A stretch of 63,760 nt of DNA, counting the filler, from Octopus bimaculoides (lineage: Eukaryota): assembly GCF_001194135.2 (NCBI RefSeq). It is 5 parts of 5 records of this genome, joined end to end, with 100 filler letters (N's around TTAATTAATTAA, not from the genome) between each part and the next. Parts side by side here need not be neighbours in the genome. Positions count along the whole stretch, not along the records: positions 61,279 to 62,583 come from NC_069005.1; positions 62,684 to 63,760 come from NW_026395384.1; 3 more parts are not named here. One strand, 5' to 3'. Positions within the stretch are counted from its first letter, which is position 1; the number at the start of each line of letters is the position of its first letter. A program made the position numbers and the translations under genes. The notes under the pieces are model-generated. The model was not told the DNA's origin and did no database searches. It saw only the letters and a program-made list of their open reading frames with translations. Positions 61,444-63,760 of this stretch are shown here, in pieces.

Positions 61444-61668
61444 GGACAAACACAGACACACACACACACACACACACACACACTGATACAAATAGATAGA
61501 TAGATAGATATACAACAGGCTTCTTTCAGTTTCTGTCTACCAAATCCACTCACAAGGCTTCAGCCAACCAGTGGCTATAGTAGAAACACTTGCCCAAGGT
61601 TTTATGCAGTGGGACTGAACCTAGAACCATGTGGTTAGGAAGTAAATTTCTTTCCACACAGCTGCACT
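61444..61668 (-). mobile_element. SINE family A
   Basis: Reverse complement of the head and body modules. Confidence 0.75.
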
Positions 61669-62261
61669 CACACACACATGCATCTAAGTGATATGTCATT
61701 AGTTTGATTAACGTTTACCAGTTTAATTAATTGCTTGATGGATTATAAATTATTTTTCTTTCTCTTACTCTTCACCTCTCCAAAATGGAGAATAAATATT
61801 TTTTTAAAGATCACAGATAACAAGGATAAATAGCCCAATTAACGTTTATCACACTAATTAATCCACTTTCTTCTTAGTCATTTAAATTTCCTATCGTCAT
61901 TCATTCTTTTTTTATATTTATTTCTTTCTCTGTTTGTTTTATTTTCTTTTATTATTTTTTTTTTATGCTGATGAAATGTTTTAGAATGTTCTAGAACATG
62001 TTTTCAATTTGATTTTCATCTAATTTAAACTGAAAACTGAAATATATCTGTGGCTTAATACTTCTGTCTGTTTACACTATTTCCCAGCATAAAACCAATG
62101 TAGTATATAGTGTAAACATGTAGTGGAAACATGTAGTAGAAACATTCAAACATCGTTGCTATCTGTCTAAACCCTGCTGCATTTCACATGGAATTTTCTC
62201 TCCTCCAAAGTCTTCTGGGTGCATTAATTGACCTGCCTTGTTTTTGACTCACTCTCTCTCT

Positions 62262-62400
62262 CTCTTTTACTCGTTTCAGTCATTTGGTTGTGGCCATGCT
62301 GGAGCACCGCCTTTAGTCAAACAAATCGACCCCAGGACTTATTCTTGGGAAGCCTAGTACTTATTCTATCGGTCTCTTTTGCCGAACTGCTAAAGTTACA
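62262..62400 (-). mobile_element. SINE family A 3' module
   Basis: gccatgctggagcaccgcctttagtc..ccccaggacttattc..agcctagtacttattctatcggtctcttttgccgaac. Confidence 0.8.
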
Positions 62401-63251
62401 TTAAATGAAAATTTCATAAATGCTGTCTGTATTGATTCGAATGGAAAATGTCGCTGAAGAAGGACTTCAGTTTGAACAATTTTCATGACGTTTCATATAT
62501 TTAGATGCTATTATTAAATTCCTACAGTTGTTAAACATAAATAAATGGTTTTGACATACTGTCAGGTATATATATATATATATNNNNNNNNNNNNNNNNN
62601 NNNNNNNNNNNNNNNNNNNNNNNNNNNTTAATTAATTAANNNNNNNNNNNNNNNNNNNNNNNNNNNNNNNNNNNNNNNNNNNNAACAACAACAAGTAGTA
62701 ACGTTATATAAAGGTTGAGGTTTCAATTTCTATCAGGAATTGCAGAAGAATTTTGTTAAACAATTCATTTGATATTTTTGTAGGAGATAAGTTTAAAAGA
62801 AATGTGAAAAGCTAACTTACGCCCTACGAAGTCTTGAATCCCGACCAAGGGGTTTAGAACGCCTTTTGTTACTGTCTCCATACACCTCAACCCACTAGGC
62901 TGCTTGGGGGACCCAGTAAGCTCTATATCAATTTAATAAAATTAAGTTTGTTATAAATCAAGATTGCTATCACAAGGGTTAGGGGCACAACTTAAAGGTG
63001 GGTGTTTCAATCCCTAGCACAAACAATTATTTTAATGTATTTTGTCCTACGTATGCTTTTGGCCGACTTCAACCACAGCAAACATGCTTTATATTTCTGA
63101 CCACTTATCTACACTTTCACATCAATGATGTTGGATGAAAAATGTGACTGCTTAAATCATTAATAATTACTGATCTGATGTTCTATAAGATTTATATATT
63201 GTTTCACGCTGGCCACTTGATAAAATCATTGAAGTATTTTATCCTGAATAC

Positions 63252-63490
63252 TATATTAATCAATGAAATTCCAACTTCCGCGATCATCAGTTTTATGTGG
63301 TGATAACCGTGTTCCACAATTGACAACTGTTATCAATTGTGGAACACATCAGTCACTCCATATGCCTGACGATCGTGTAACGCATGAAAGTACTAGTTTA
63401 ATTTCAATATTTTAAAATTGTAAAATTGTAAAAATTGCAAATAATAAAACGTGTAAATCAGGCTAAGTTGGAATTTCATTAATTAATATA
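63252..63490. repeat. Nested inverted-repeat element with a central 15-bp hairpin and a degenerate hammerhead motif
   Basis: Outer arms 63252-63277 / 63465-63490. gatcatcag (63282-90) vs ctgacgatc (63366-74). Hairpin gtgttccacaattga-9nt-tcaattgtggaacac at 63309-63347. CTGACGA..GAAA GTAC TA at 63366-63395. Confidence 0.6.
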
Positions 63491-63760
63491 TTCTTCTATA
63501 CACAATCATGCAGACTCAGGTATATATATATATACATATATGCTGGTCCCGTCGCTAGAAGATGGTAGGGGTTCGCTCCCCTGCTCGCAATATATCGGAT
63601 GCAGGTGTGCATCGTTAACCGGGTAGAGTAAAATGTCCTCCTGGTGTCAAAAACATCGCAGTAAAGTTCGTTCGAATGAAACAGCCATGTTGAAGTCGCT
63701 ACGAACATTTCTTGTTAGTACAACTACTGCGTTCATCTCTGAGAGAAATTTAAGAAATAT

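Overview
Eukaryotic, AT-rich, microsatellite-dense non-coding DNA with 12 assembly gaps. The SINE, RTE and microsatellite content resembles what I know of octopus genomes, so a cephalopod source is an inference. No complete host gene is recognisable, and most long ORFs in the track are microsatellite, N-run or tandem-repeat artefacts. The window is a layered transposon graveyard. It holds RTE-X, RTE/BovB-like, CR1/L2-group and R4/Dong-like LINE remnants, and a Penelope-like element (RT + C-terminal GIY-YIG) split by a TIR-complete piggyBac and a SINE. It also holds mariner and Tc1 remnants, a Helentron/HINE-like element, palindromic MITE-like elements and many tRNA-derived SINEs. The most interesting signal is a set of sequence-diverse type I hammerhead ribozyme (HHR) motifs. 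One is an apparently intact minimal HHR at 12387-12438. Two form a head-to-head inverted pair (3110-3179 on -, 3206-3275 on +) inside a nested hairpin cluster. One sits in the tail of a tRNA-headed SINE (59322-59362), and several more are degenerate. Other notable items are an exact 90-bp templated inverted insertion inside a LINE and two isolated candidate host exons. All structures and translations were read by eye and none was computed or searched.
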